Assembly (NCBI GenBank): GCA_047602465.1
Contig: JASGHF010000002.1
Span: 48,559-112,558, forward strand
Origin: Micropepsaceae bacterium
Lineage (GTDB): Bacteria > Pseudomonadota > Alphaproteobacteria > Micropepsales > Micropepsaceae
Reading direction: 5' to 3'
Length of the DNA stretch: 64,000 bases
Part shown: positions 29,063 through 39,171 of the stretch, one piece after another
Layout: each line of letters opens with the position of its first letter
How positions within the stretch are numbered: the first letter of the stretch is position 1
Notes under the pieces: generated by a model
Told to the model about the DNA's origin: nothing
Databases searched by the model: none
Seen by the model: only the letters and a program-made list of their open reading frames with translations
Made by a program: the position numbers and the translations under genes

Positions 29063-30844
29063 TTACACCATCTGCCTTCCGGCCTCAGTGACGCCGGGCT
29101 GGTCCTGCGCGTCGGCCAGGATCATTTCGTCATGCGCCGCACCCGACGGGATCATCGGGAAGCAGTTCTCTGTCTTGTCGACCACGCAGTCGAAGATCAC
29201 CGGCCGGTCCGTGTTGATCATCTCAAGGATTTTCGCATCCAGTTCCGCCGGAGTCGTCGCCCGAACGCCGACCGCGCCATAGGCCTCGGCCAGCTTCACG
29301 AAATCCGGCAACGCTTCGGAGCAGGAGTGCGAATAACGCCCGCCATGCAGCAGCTGCTGCCACTGACGCACCATCCCCATATACTCGTTGTTCAAAATGA
29401 AGATCTTCACCGGCAGCCGGTACTGGATCGCCGTCGAAATCTCCTGCAGCGTCATCTGAACGCTGGCCTCACCGGCGATATCGATCACCAGCGCGTCCGG
29501 GTGCGCGACCTGCACGCCCACGGCCGCCGGCACGCCATACCCCATCGTCCCGAGACCGCCCGAAGTCATCCAGCGATTGGGTTCCTCGAAATGGAAATGC
29601 TGGGCCGCCCACATCTGGTGCTGGCCCACCTCCGTGGTGACGAAGGTCTTGCGGTCCTTGGTGAGCTGATAGAGCCGCTCGATCGCATATTGCGGTTTGA
29701 TCACCTCGTCCGAGTGCCGGTAACTGAGACTTTTGCGCGCCCGCCACTCATCGACCTGCGCGTTCCAGGCCTTCATCGCAGCCGGGTCGTTCGCCCTTCC
29801 CAGGGCCTTCCAGGCCGCGACCATTTCAGCAAGGACTTCGACCGCATCGCCAAGGATCGGCACATCGCACTTCACCGTCTTGTTGAACGACGAGGCGTCG
29901 ATATCGACGTGGATTTTCTTGGAATTCGGCGAGAACGCATCGAGACGCCCCGTCACCCGGTCGTCGAACCGCGCCCCGATATTGATCATCAGGTCGCAGC
30001 GATTCATCGCCAGATTGGCTTCATACGTGCCGTGCATGCCGACCATGCCCAGCCATTGCGGCTCGCTCGCCGGAAAAGCGCCAAGCCCCATCAGCGTCGA
30101 GGTGACAGGAAAACCTGTGAGCTTCACCAGTTCGCGCAACAGCTTGGAGGCCTTCGGGCCGGCATTGATGACGCCGCCGCCCGTGTAGAAGACCGGCCGC
30201 TTTGCTGTCGCCATCATCTCCACCGCATGCTGGATCGCGCGCGGATCGCCCTTGGTCTGCGGGCGATAGGTGCGGTGCTCGACATTCGCCGGGCCGACAT
30301 AACGGCCCTTCTTGAACTGAACGTCCTTCGGCACGTCGATGACGACCGGCCCAGGGCGTCCGCTCTTCGCGACATAGAACGCCTCGTGAATGATCCGCGC
30401 CAGATCGTTCACATCACGCACGAGATAGTTGTGCTTGGTGCAGGGGCGCGTGATGCCGGTCGTGTCGGCTTCCTGGAAGGCGTCGCTGCCGATCAGATGC
30501 GTCGGCACCTGGCCGGTGAAGCAGACGACCGGGATCGAATCCATCAGTGCGTCGGTGAGGCCGGTCACCGCGTTGGTTGCGCCGGGACCGGACGTCACCA
30601 GCAGCACGCCCGGCTTGCCGGTCGAGCGGGCATAGCCTTCCGCCGCATGCGAGGCGCCCTGCTCGTGCCGGACCAGCACATGCTCGACAGCGTCCTGCTG
30701 GAACAGCGCGTCGTAGATCGGCAGCACCGCGCCGCCGGGATAGCCGAAAATGTGCTCGACGCCTTGATCGCGCAGCGCGCGCACGACGATCTCCGCCCCG
30801 GTCAGTTCGGCGTCGTCGGTTTCCAGTGTCTGTTCGCGGTCCAT
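29063..30844 (-). CDS. ilvB: Acetolactate synthase large subunit
   Basis: FGYPGGAVLPIYD, RHEQGA, TSGPGATN, GMVGMHG, SGGLGTMGYG, NNEYMGMVRQWQ. Confidence 0.96.
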   Translation of the reverse strand: MDREQTLETDDAELTGAEIVVRALRDQGVEHIFGYPGGAVLPIYDALFQQDAVEHVLVRHEQGASHAAEGYARSTGKPGVLLVTSGPGATNAVTGLTDALMDSIPVVCFTGQVPTHLIGSDAFQEADTTGITRPCTKHNYLVRDVNDLARIIHEAFYVAKSGRPGPVVIDVPKDVQFKKGRYVGPANVEHRTYRPQTKGDPRAIQHAVEMMATAKRPVFYTGGGVINAGPKASKLLRELVKLTGFPVTSTLMGLGAFPASEPQWLGMVGMHGTYEANLAMNRCDLMINIGARFDDRVTGRLDAFSPNSKKIHVDIDASSFNKTVKCDVPILGDAVEVLAEMVAAWKALGRANDPAAMKAWNAQVDEWRARKSLSYRHSDEVIKPQYAIERLYQLTKDRKTFVTTEVGQHQMWAAQHFHFEEPNRWMTSGGLGTMGYGVPAAVGVQVAHPDALVIDIAGEASVQMTLQEISTAIQYRLPVKIFILNNEYMGMVRQWQQLLHGGRYSHSCSEALPDFVKLAEAYGAVGVRATTPAELDAKILEMINTDRPVIFDCVVDKTENCFPMIPSGAAHDEMILADAQDQPGVTEAGRQMV

Positions 30845-30875
30845 GGTCTCGTCTCGTGGCTCGGTTCTGGGCAAC

Positions 30876-30896
30876 AAAAAACCCCCGGAGGGGGTC
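30876..30896 (-). terminator. Attenuator terminator upstream of ilvB
   Basis: Minus strand gaccccc-tccg-ggggg-tttttt, lying between the leader ORF and the ilvB start. Confidence 0.8.
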
Positions 30897-30923
30897 ACGC
30901 AGCGCCACCGTTCGGGTCAGGTC

Positions 30924-30977
30924 TTACGACCCCCGTCGGGTAGCGCCTCCAATAAGTACCTGCGTTTTGTTGCTCAT
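30924..30977 (-). promoter_or_regulatory. ilv leader peptide MSNKTQVLIGGATRRGS
   Basis: 17-codon ORF with consecutive Val-Leu-Ile (GTA CTT ATT) just upstream of a U-tailed terminator. Confidence 0.72.
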
Positions 30978-31177
30978 CGACCTAACGTCTTGAAATTTCG
31001 TGTCGCGGAACCTAGCGATCCCGAACGCCCTGTCAAGCCGAAATCCAATCCATTTGTGCTAACGGGCAACCATGAGCGACCATCACCTCGCCAACCCTGC
31101 CCGGCTTCAGGCCGCCGCGCGGCGGCCGCAACGGCAAGCCGTCCGGGACTGAACCTGCCCATGAAGGCTGCTACGCG

Positions 31178-31921
31178 ATGTCATTCCTGAAACGGCTCTT
31201 CGGCGGATCGGCACCAGCCCCTGAACCCGCACCGCGACCTGCAGAGGCCGACGCCATCGTGCAATGCCGGACGCACGTAGCCAGCTTCGACAGACGCCAT
31301 CAGCCCAGAGAATGGGCCGAGGCGATGCAGCTTCTCGGCCACAACCTGATGGCGACCGCGAGCTACGCCGAAGCGGATGAAACGCTCACCAAGGCGCTCG
31401 AGGCTGCCGGGCATGATGCCAATCCGCTCTTCCGCGCCTCCATGCTGAAAATTCTGGGAGAAACGCGCTACCGGCACGGAGAAACGCTCACAGGTGACGC
31501 GCGCGGTGTCATGCTCGCCGGCGCCGCCAACACGCTGGCCGATGCGCTTGCGCTCGTGCAGCCGCACGAAAACCGCACGCTCTGGATGGAGGCCGCGATT
31601 TTTCGCGGCGCCGCGTTGCACGAACTCGGGCGGCTTCGCTCCGGTCCGGAAGGTCTCGCCTGGATGGATGAGGCCGCCGCCTGTTTCGCCGATATAGCCG
31701 CACACGGCGCGGAAGGAGCGGTCCATCCCGTTGGCCTCTACAATCGCTACGCGGTCATGGAACAGCGCGGTCACCGCACGAGCGGCGCAGGCCGCGCGAT
31801 GTATTACAGAGAGGCGCGCGAAGCGCTCGCCGGAGCCATGGCGGCCGATACTTTCGCGAACCGCCCGGATCTCACCGTGAAGCTCGCTGAACTCGATGCC
31901 TTGATCGAGGCAGCAGACTGA
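31178..31921 (+). CDS. Hypothetical helical-repeat (TPR-like) protein
   Basis: 247-aa Ala-rich ORF with repeated WA.A...LG..L and LG..L..LG patterns; high-GC codon usage. Confidence 0.6.
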   Translation: MSFLKRLFGGSAPAPEPAPRPAEADAIVQCRTHVASFDRRHQPREWAEAMQLLGHNLMATASYAEADETLTKALEAAGHDANPLFRASMLKILGETRYRHGETLTGDARGVMLAGAANTLADALALVQPHENRTLWMEAAIFRGAALHELGRLRSGPEGLAWMDEAAACFADIAAHGAEGAVHPVGLYNRYAVMEQRGHRTSGAGRAMYYREAREALAGAMAADTFANRPDLTVKLAELDALIEAAD

Positions 31922-31932
31922 CCGCGTCCGGT

Positions 31933-32856
31933 TCAGCCGACCACCTGACAGATATTGGCAATCATCGCGTCGGTGTCACTGGCCGTCAGTTTCGCCCAGC
32001 TGGCGGTCTGGTTCCGGAACCAGGTCGACTGCCGCTTGGCGAAACGCCTCGTCTGGAGCTTCGCATCAGCAATCGCATCCGCCAGACCGATCTCGTTGGC
32101 CAAGGCCCGGCGGAATTGGGGCAGGCCAAGCGTTTTGGCCGCCGGCAGCATCGGGTCGGGATTCAACGCCCAGAACGCCCGCGCTTCCTCCAGCGCGCCG
32201 TCCGCCATCATCTGATCGAACCGCGCGTCGATCCGGGCGTTCAGCTGCGGCCGCTCCATGTCGATGACGAACCGCGCCGTCGACGCCAGATCGATGGCCG
32301 GTACGGTCGCCCCCTCCTGCCATGCGGACAATCCCCGTCCTGAACGCACCACGACCTCCCAGGCGCGTAGCGTTCGCTGCGTGTCCCCCGGCTTCAACGC
32401 GACCGAGGCCGGATCGAGCCGTACAAGCTCGGCGTGAAACGCTTCGGCGCCCAGCAGCTCACGCTGCCGGCGCGCCGCCGCACGCCCCTCTTCCGTAGAA
32501 CTTGGAGCCGCCGAAAGGCCCTGCTCCAGCGCCTTGAAGTAAAGCCCCGTTCCGCCCGTGACGATGGCGAGCCGGCCCTCAGCCTTCAGTTCGGCGAGCA
32601 CCGGGCGAACCGCGTCCAGCCACCGCGCCACCGAAAAAGGCTGTCGCACGTCGGCGATCCCGAACAGCCGGTGCGGGATTTCCGCTTCCTCGGCCGCACT
32701 CGGGCGCGCCGACAGGATGCGAAGCTGATCGTAGATCTGCATGGAATCGGCGTTGACGATGACGCCGCCGGTGGCGCGCGCCAGCGCCATCGCGACGGCC
32801 GATTTGCCGCTCGCGGTCGGGCCTGCAATAAGCACGCATTCCGTCTTCACACCCAT
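31933..32856 (-). CDS. miaA: tRNA dimethylallyltransferase
   Basis: GPTASGKS, VNADSMQIY, VTGGTGLY, TRRFAKRQSTWFRNQ. Confidence 0.96.
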   Translation of the reverse strand: MGVKTECVLIAGPTASGKSAVAMALARATGGVIVNADSMQIYDQLRILSARPSAAEEAEIPHRLFGIADVRQPFSVARWLDAVRPVLAELKAEGRLAIVTGGTGLYFKALEQGLSAAPSSTEEGRAAARRQRELLGAEAFHAELVRLDPASVALKPGDTQRTLRAWEVVVRSGRGLSAWQEGATVPAIDLASTARFVIDMERPQLNARIDARFDQMMADGALEEARAFWALNPDPMLPAAKTLGLPQFRRALANEIGLADAIADAKLQTRRFAKRQSTWFRNQTASWAKLTASDTDAMIANICQVVG

Positions 32857-32873
32857 CGCCTGATCTTTAACCC

Positions 32874-33758
32874 ATGAACTGGATCGCTGTCCTCGTCGGC
32901 GCACGCAGCACAGGCGGCCTCGACGCCGCCATAGTTTCGGACGCGCGCGCGGCCGTTGGCGGCGGAGAGCCTGTCTGGCTGGCCGATGGCCTTGCCGCAG
33001 AGTTCGCCCTGACCGCCCCCTCCTGGCGACCCGTTGACGCCCTCATCCGCCAGACCCTTGCCGGCCGCCCCATCGATATCGCCGTCCTGCCGGCCGAAGG
33101 CCGCCGCAAACGCCTGTTCGTCGCCGACATGGATTCCACCATTATCGGCTGTGAGTGCATCGACGAACTGGCCAATTTCGCCGGCGTGAAGGTTGAGGTT
33201 TCCGGCATCACGGAGCGCGCCATGAGAGGAGAGCTGGATTTCCCCTCCGCCCTGCGTCACCGCGTCGAGCTGCTGAAAGGCCTGCCGCTGCACGCCTTGC
33301 AGCAGGCCTATGACGAGCGCGTGCGTCTCAATCCCGGCGCCCGCACGCTCGTTCAGACGATGGCGGCCGCCTCCGCCGTCACCGCCCTCGTTTCCGGCGG
33401 GTTCACCTTTTTCACGGCCCGCGTCGCGGCCGCCGCAGGGTTTGCGTTCAATCGCGCCAACGTGCTGATCGACGACGGCGCAGCGTTGACCGGCGAGGTC
33501 GGCGAACCGATCCTCGGCCGCGAAGCGAAACTCGCCGCGCTGCTGGAGCTTGCCACCGCCAACAACCTGGAACCGTCCGATTGCATCGCCGTCGGCGACG
33601 GCGCGAACGATCTCGCCATGATCGAAGCCGCCGGCCTTGGCGTCGCCTATCGCGCAAAGCCTGTCGTAGCCGATGCGGCGCGCGCGCGTATCGACTACGC
33701 CGACCTGACCGCGCTTCTCTACTTCCAGGGCTATCGGGAGTCCGAGTTCGCCGCCTAG
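32874..33758 (+). CDS. serB: Phosphoserine phosphatase
   Basis: ADMDSTII, ERAMRGELDF, VSGGF, GDGANDL. Confidence 0.96.
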   Translation: MNWIAVLVGARSTGGLDAAIVSDARAAVGGGEPVWLADGLAAEFALTAPSWRPVDALIRQTLAGRPIDIAVLPAEGRRKRLFVADMDSTIIGCECIDELANFAGVKVEVSGITERAMRGELDFPSALRHRVELLKGLPLHALQQAYDERVRLNPGARTLVQTMAAASAVTALVSGGFTFFTARVAAAAGFAFNRANVLIDDGAALTGEVGEPILGREAKLAALLELATANNLEPSDCIAVGDGANDLAMIEAAGLGVAYRAKPVVADAARARIDYADLTALLYFQGYRESEFAA

Positions 33759-36613
33759 CGCGGCGGCTGGGCGATCACCAGGACCCAGTATTTGACGCCG
33801 CCGGCTTCCGCCATGCCGACGCCGATGGCGACGGCCGCCGGGTCCGTAAGCGCCGTCGCGGTGTCGCCGCGCCCGCTCCAGAACGCGACGGCTTCTCCGG
33901 CTGAATTCTGGCGGCGCGAGTGGAGCTGTGAAGCCGCAGCATTTCCATAACCCGACTGCCTCAACATCTGGAGCACGGCGCTGCCCGACGGCTGCTGGAT
34001 CTTTCCAAGCCGCGCGTTGTTCGCAGCCAGCACCTGCGCCACCTTGTCCAGCGCATCGCTCGCCGCCACATCGCGCACGCCGCTGCGCTGGCGGAAAGCG
34101 TTCACCGGCCCCAGCGCCTGCGCGCTGAAACTTCCGGAGGTGACGGGCGGCGGCTCGGCCGTCGGCGTTGGCGAAGGAGCGGGCGTCGGCGCGGCGGTGG
34201 GGGTCGGCGTCGGCTTGGGTGGCGCTTTGGACGGCCCGCCATACGCTTCCGGCGTAACATTGAACTCCGACAGCACGGCGCCGTCCGGACCGGCGCGGCC
34301 GATGAAACTGTCATCGAGGATCACGTCCAGCGCGCCGGCATCGGACGCCGACACCGACAGGTCACGGCGATCCGGCATATGATAGCTGTCGCCGCGTTTC
34401 AGATCGCGGTCGATCAGTTCGTCGCGTCCGCCACGCACCGTCAGCCTGACGCTGCGCCGCGCGACATAGACGATGCGTCCGCCTTCGCCCTGCGCGCCAT
34501 AGGCACGGCCTGTCTGGCCCTGCACTTTCGTACCACGGGGCGCCGCCTCGATTGCGCCCGTCGCACGTGGCGCCTCCGGGGTCGGAGGTGGTGTTGGTGT
34601 CGGCGACGCGGTCGGTTCGGGCGTCGCCTCGGGTGTGGGCGTGATGACCGGTGAGGGTGTCGGGGCGGTCGTAGGCGTAGGCGTCGGAACGACCGTTGGC
34701 GTAGCCGTCGGCGACGGCGCGCGAGGCGGCGGCGTTCCGGCAATTGTCGGCGTCGGTACGATCGTCGGCGCCGGCGTGACCTCCGCAACCGGCGGGCCGG
34801 ACACGGGCGGCGGCTCGTCACCCGGCAGAAGGAAGAAGACCGCCGCGGCGCCGACGACTGCCAGCGCCACGAACTGCCCCACGGCAATCAACGGCGAACG
34901 GCGCGGCGCTTCGTCCGGCCCTGCGTCGGCAGGCTCCATGTCCGGCGAAACCGGATCGCCGCTACCGCCATCTGTATCCGCCTCGAAAGCTTCATCGATG
35001 GCCGGCGTTTCCGGCGGCGCGATAGGTATGACGACTGACTTTTCGAAGACTTCCAGCGACGGCTCCGGCAGCTCCGCGTCCGGCGCTTCGACCGGCAGGG
35101 CGGCGGCCAGCGCTTCCATCTCCGGCGGCGCCTCGGGCATAGCGGCTTCGGCATCGCCCGGAACGGGCGCCGCGACCACAGGCGGCGCGTCCTCGCTCAT
35201 CGTTTCGAACAGCCGCGCGACCTCGTCCATGGTCTGCGGCCGGTCGGCAGGATCGGGCTGAAGCAGATGCGTCAGCACCCGGGCCAGCGGAAGCGGCAAC
35301 TCGTCGAGCGGCGGAACCGCCAGCCGCCTGGCCTTGGCGGCTTCGATATCGCGGCCCATGTTCAGCGGCTTGCCACGGCTGAACGCCGCCATCAGAAGCC
35401 CGAAGGCATAGATATCGATCGAGGGGCCGAGCTTTGCCCCATCGAAGGTGAACTGCTCCGGGGCGGCATAGCTGAACTTGCCGGCGAAAGCGCCGCCGAG
35501 CGAATCGACATCGCCCATGCGCGCGATACCGAAATCGATCAGCGTCGCTTCCGACAGATCGCCCTGCCAGATGATGACATTGTCCGGCGCGAGATCACGA
35601 TGGATGATACCCCGCCTGTGTGCGGCCGACAGGCCCTGCGCCAGGCGCACCGCGACGATCCGCACATCGTCCAGCGATGGCGTATTGGCCCGCCGCCAGT
35701 CGCGCAGCGTCGGCCCCGGCACGAATTCGGTGACGAGATAGAACTGGTCGGAATCCGCGATCCGGCCGAACACGCGATACTGCACCACAGCCGGATGCTT
35801 CAGCCGCAGCAGCGCGTTGGCTTCCAGCTTCAACAATTGCGCGAACCGCTCGCTCGCCGCCACGTCGGCCAGCAGCAGCTTCAGCGCGACGCGCTCGTCC
35901 TCGTTGTGGATGTTGGCGGCTTCATAGACTGCGCCGAACCCGCCGGCCCCGAGACGGCGGACGATGCGGTACTGACCGATTTCGTCCCCCGGATGCAGAT
36001 CGCCGGGGCCGCCGCCGCGCATACGCACCGACACCAGCTTTTCGCTGGTCGAAGGCGCGCCCGACGCGCCGCTCAGTCCTCCCGACAGGCCGACCGAAGG
36101 CTGTGTCGGCGCCGCGTGCGAGGCCTCGTCGGCCTGGCTCTTCATGATGATGGTGGAGCGCTCGAAATCCAGCTCCTCACCCTCGGATGGCTGTGAAGGC
36201 TCGACCGGCAGCGCTGCATCCGGCACCGCCGCGCCGACCCGCCCGCGTAGCTGCGCGATCACTTCATCCAGCCCTGCCGCGCCGGACACCCAGCCGCGCA
36301 GGTCGGCGCAGCGGAGCTGGCGGAAGCCCAGCGGCGGCTTCTCGACATCCTTCAGAACAGGCAGCAGAACCCCGCGCTCGAAGGCCTCCTGCGCGACGTC
36401 ACGGACCCAGTTGGAATTGCGCGAGGCATTCGACCAGACAGCGATGATCGCCTTGGCGACGGACAGTTCCTCGTCCACGTCGCGCTGGGTCGACTGCCCA
36501 AGCGCCGGGGCCAGATCCCACAGCACATCGAAGCCGGCATCGCTCAGCGCGCCGGCGAACACGCCGACCCAGGCCCTGTCTTCGGGCGCAAAGCTGATGA
36601 AGACGTCGGCCAC
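33755..36613 (-). CDS. TIR-domain / Ser-Thr protein kinase / TM / RodZ-C(DUF4115)-like / CAP-like multidomain protein
   Basis: TIR start ADVFISF..EDR; kinase GAGGFGAVY, VALK, HRDLAPDN, DFG, YAAPE; TM LIAVGQFVALAVVGAAAVFFLL; Pro/Thr linkers; RDLKRGDSY..SDAGALDVILD; VNAFRQRSG..WSG..IGVGMA..KYWVLV. Confidence 0.85.
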   Translation of the reverse strand: MADVFISFAPEDRAWVGVFAGALSDAGFDVLWDLAPALGQSTQRDVDEELSVAKAIIAVWSNASRNSNWVRDVAQEAFERGVLLPVLKDVEKPPLGFRQLRCADLRGWVSGAAGLDEVIAQLRGRVGAAVPDAALPVEPSQPSEGEELDFERSTIIMKSQADEASHAAPTQPSVGLSGGLSGASGAPSTSEKLVSVRMRGGGPGDLHPGDEIGQYRIVRRLGAGGFGAVYEAANIHNEDERVALKLLLADVAASERFAQLLKLEANALLRLKHPAVVQYRVFGRIADSDQFYLVTEFVPGPTLRDWRRANTPSLDDVRIVAVRLAQGLSAAHRRGIIHRDLAPDNVIIWQGDLSEATLIDFGIARMGDVDSLGGAFAGKFSYAAPEQFTFDGAKLGPSIDIYAFGLLMAAFSRGKPLNMGRDIEAAKARRLAVPPLDELPLPLARVLTHLLQPDPADRPQTMDEVARLFETMSEDAPPVVAAPVPGDAEAAMPEAPPEMEALAAALPVEAPDAELPEPSLEVFEKSVVIPIAPPETPAIDEAFEADTDGGSGDPVSPDMEPADAGPDEAPRRSPLIAVGQFVALAVVGAAAVFFLLPGDEPPPVSGPPVAEVTPAPTIVPTPTIAGTPPPRAPSPTATPTVVPTPTPTTAPTPSPVITPTPEATPEPTASPTPTPPPTPEAPRATGAIEAAPRGTKVQGQTGRAYGAQGEGGRIVYVARRSVRLTVRGGRDELIDRDLKRGDSYHMPDRRDLSVSASDAGALDVILDDSFIGRAGPDGAVLSEFNVTPEAYGGPSKAPPKPTPTPTAAPTPAPSPTPTAEPPPVTSGSFSAQALGPVNAFRQRSGVRDVAASDALDKVAQVLAANNARLGKIQQPSGSAVLQMLRQSGYGNAAASQLHSRRQNSAGEAVAFWSGRGDTATALTDPAAVAIGVGMAEAGGVKYWVLVIAQPPR

Positions 36614-36683
36614 GAAAACGACGCTCTGTTGAAACCCTGCCGAAAACTAGCAGGGTCCGCCCTAAGCGCCAGCCATCAAAAGG

Positions 36684-38183
36684 TTATTCGCCCAGGCGAA
36701 TTGCCGCAAAACTGAGATCGCCGCCCCGGTTCAGCAGGAACAGCACCACCCGGTTGTTGGCGTTGACCGCTTCGCCGACACGGTCGGACACCGCCTGAGG
36801 CGTCGTGACCTCCTGCTGCGCCACCTCGACAATGACATCCCCGACCCTCAACCGGCCCTCTCCGGCGGCCTGGCCGGCCGGCGAATCGGGGGTGATCTCG
36901 GTGATGACCACACCTTGTATTTCGGCCGCGATGCCAAAACGCTCGCGGAGCGCATCGTTGAGTTCGGCGACCGTCATGCCGAGCGCGTCGATACGGACCG
37001 CGCCCTCGGCGACCTCGGGGGTCGGCGTCGGTTCGGGCGTCGGGGTTGCGGCGCCTTCCGCCGAACGCTTCTCGAAATCCTCCAGCCGCTCCAGCGTCAC
37101 CGATACCGAGACCGGCTGCCCGTCGCGCCAGAGGGCCACGGTGGCGGTCTTGCCGATCTCGCCGTCGGCGATGGTGCGCGGCAGCGCGCGGCTGTCGCGG
37201 ATGTCCTTGCCGTCAAAGGACAGGATGATGTCCTGCGCCTTGATGCCGGCCTTTTCGGCCGGGCCGCCGGGCGTCACTTCGGCCACGAGCGCGCCCCGCG
37301 CTTTGTCGAGGCCAAGGCTCTCGGCAAGCTCCGGCGTGACGGCCTGGATACGCACGCCGATCCACCCGCGCCGCGTCTCGCCGAACTGGATCAGCTGGTC
37401 GACCGTGTGCTTCACGATCGAGGCCGGAATGGCGAAGCCGATGCCGATCGACCCGCCGGAGGGCGAAATGATCGCCGAGTTCACGCCGATCACGTTGCCG
37501 TCCATGTCGAACAGCGGGCCGCCCGAATTGCCGCGATTGATGGCGGCGTCGGTCTGGATGAAGTCGTCATAGGGGCCGGAAGCGATGTCGCGGTTGCGGG
37601 CCGACACGATGCCGGCCGTCACCGTACCGCCGAGGCCGAACGGATTGCCGATCGCCATCACCCAGTCGCCGACCAGCAGCGCATCGCTGTTGCCGAACGA
37701 GACCGACGGCAGCGGCCCCTTGTGCTTCACGCGCAGCACGGCGAGGTCGGTCTTCTCGTCCTTGCCCACCAGTTCGGCGACGAGGCTGAGGCCGTCAGGG
37801 AAGTTGACCGTGATCTCGTCGGCGCCCTCGATCACGTGGTTGTTGGTGACGATGAGGCCCGACGGGTCGATGACGAAACCTGAACCCAGCGAGGTGACCG
37901 CGCTGTCCCGCTGCTGGTCGTAATAGTCCTTGAACATCTCCTCATAGGGCGATCCCGGAGGAAACTGCGGCATCTCGTTGAGATCCTGCCGCTCGATCTT
38001 CTGGCTGGTCGAGATGTTCACGACGGCGGGCGACAGGCGCGTGGCGAGGCCCGAGAAGCTGTCGGGCGCGGGGCGGGCCGCTGCGGGAGCCGCCGCAAGC
38101 ACCAGCGCCAGGCCGAAGCCGCGCAGAAGAGCGAAGGGGTTCAAGGGGCTAGCTCCTCCAGAGGGCCGCGCGGCGCGCCGCAT
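36684..38183 (-). CDS. degP: DegP/DegQ (Do family) serine protease
   Basis: SLGSGFVID, TNNHVI, QTDAAINRGNSGGPL, two PDZ domains; start uncertain. Confidence 0.93.
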   Translation of the reverse strand: MRRAARPSGGASPLNPFALLRGFGLALVLAAAPAAARPAPDSFSGLATRLSPAVVNISTSQKIERQDLNEMPQFPPGSPYEEMFKDYYDQQRDSAVTSLGSGFVIDPSGLIVTNNHVIEGADEITVNFPDGLSLVAELVGKDEKTDLAVLRVKHKGPLPSVSFGNSDALLVGDWVMAIGNPFGLGGTVTAGIVSARNRDIASGPYDDFIQTDAAINRGNSGGPLFDMDGNVIGVNSAIISPSGGSIGIGFAIPASIVKHTVDQLIQFGETRRGWIGVRIQAVTPELAESLGLDKARGALVAEVTPGGPAEKAGIKAQDIILSFDGKDIRDSRALPRTIADGEIGKTATVALWRDGQPVSVSVTLERLEDFEKRSAEGAATPTPEPTPTPEVAEGAVRIDALGMTVAELNDALRERFGIAAEIQGVVITEITPDSPAGQAAGEGRLRVGDVIVEVAQQEVTTPQAVSDRVGEAVNANNRVVLFLLNRGGDLSFAAIRLGE

Positions 38184-38268
38184 GCCGCCATATTGCCCAA
38201 TCGACCGGATGATCTTGATAACATTGCGGCGACCGGCGGGCGTTTCAGCGCCCGCCGTACCGTAAGCC

Positions 38269-39171
38269 TCAGGGCGTTGCCGGGGCCGGCTGGGCGGGCG
38301 GGCCGCCCTTGCCTGCGCCATCCTTGAAGTAGCGGAAGAACGGCGAGTCCGGCGACAGCACCATCGTCGTGTCGTTTCCCTTCATGGACTGCGCGTAGGC
38401 CTGCATCGAGCGATAGAACTCGAAGAAGCCCGGGTCTCTGGAGAAGGCGTCGGCGTAGATCTTGTTCCGCTCCGCGTCGCCCTTGCCGCGCATGATGGCG
38501 GCGTCGCGCTCGGCATTGGCGACGATGATCGTTGCGTCCTTGTCGGCCTTGGCCCGGATCTCCAGCGCCGCCTTTTCGCCCTTCGCGCGGATTTCGGCGG
38601 CTTCCTTTTCACGCGCCGTCTTCATCCGGTTGAAGATCGCCTCGCTGTTCGCCTGGGGCAGATCGGCCCGGCGGATGCGGACATCCACCACCTCGATGCC
38701 CCATTTCTGGGCGTCGACATTGGTGCGCTCGCGGATCGTCTCCATCATCGTGGCGCGGCCCGCCGACAGGAGAACCTGGAACTTGTTCGCAGCGACGGTC
38801 GCCTTGATGTTCGAGGTCAGCTGCTGGCTGAGGCGCTGTTCCGCGACAGAGCGGTTGTTGACCGCCTGATAGAAGAGCAGCGGGTTCACGATGCGGTAGC
38901 GCGCGAAGGCCGAAACCACCACGCGCTTCTCGTCGCTGGACAGCGATTCTGCCTGCGGCGTGTCGATCTCCAGGATGCGATCATCGAAATAGACGACGTT
39001 CTGGATGAACGGGACCATCATATAGAGGCCCGGCTCCGTCACGGTCGACTGCGGATTGCCGAGCTGGACGACGATCGCCTGCTCGCGCTCTTCCACCACG
39101 AAGAAGACGAAGTTCCACAGGAAGAACAGAACGCCGAAAATGACGCCGAAGATGATGAGGGTCGTACGCAT
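38269..39171 (-). CDS. hflC: FtsH protease modulator HflC
   Basis: SPFH domain, GIEVVDVRIRRADLP, FFEFYRSMQAY. Confidence 0.95.
   Translation of the reverse strand: MRTTLIIFGVIFGVLFFLWNFVFFVVEEREQAIVVQLGNPQSTVTEPGLYMMVPFIQNVVYFDDRILEIDTPQAESLSSDEKRVVVSAFARYRIVNPLLFYQAVNNRSVAEQRLSQQLTSNIKATVAANKFQVLLSAGRATMMETIRERTNVDAQKWGIEVVDVRIRRADLPQANSEAIFNRMKTAREKEAAEIRAKGEKAALEIRAKADKDATIIVANAERDAAIMRGKGDAERNKIYADAFSRDPGFFEFYRSMQAYAQSMKGNDTTMVLSPDSPFFRYFKDGAGKGGPPAQPAPATP

Noticed and set aside
34160-34800. Pro-Thr codon repeats as a DNA repeat element
   Set aside because: Fully explained by the low-complexity PT linkers of the kinase protein.
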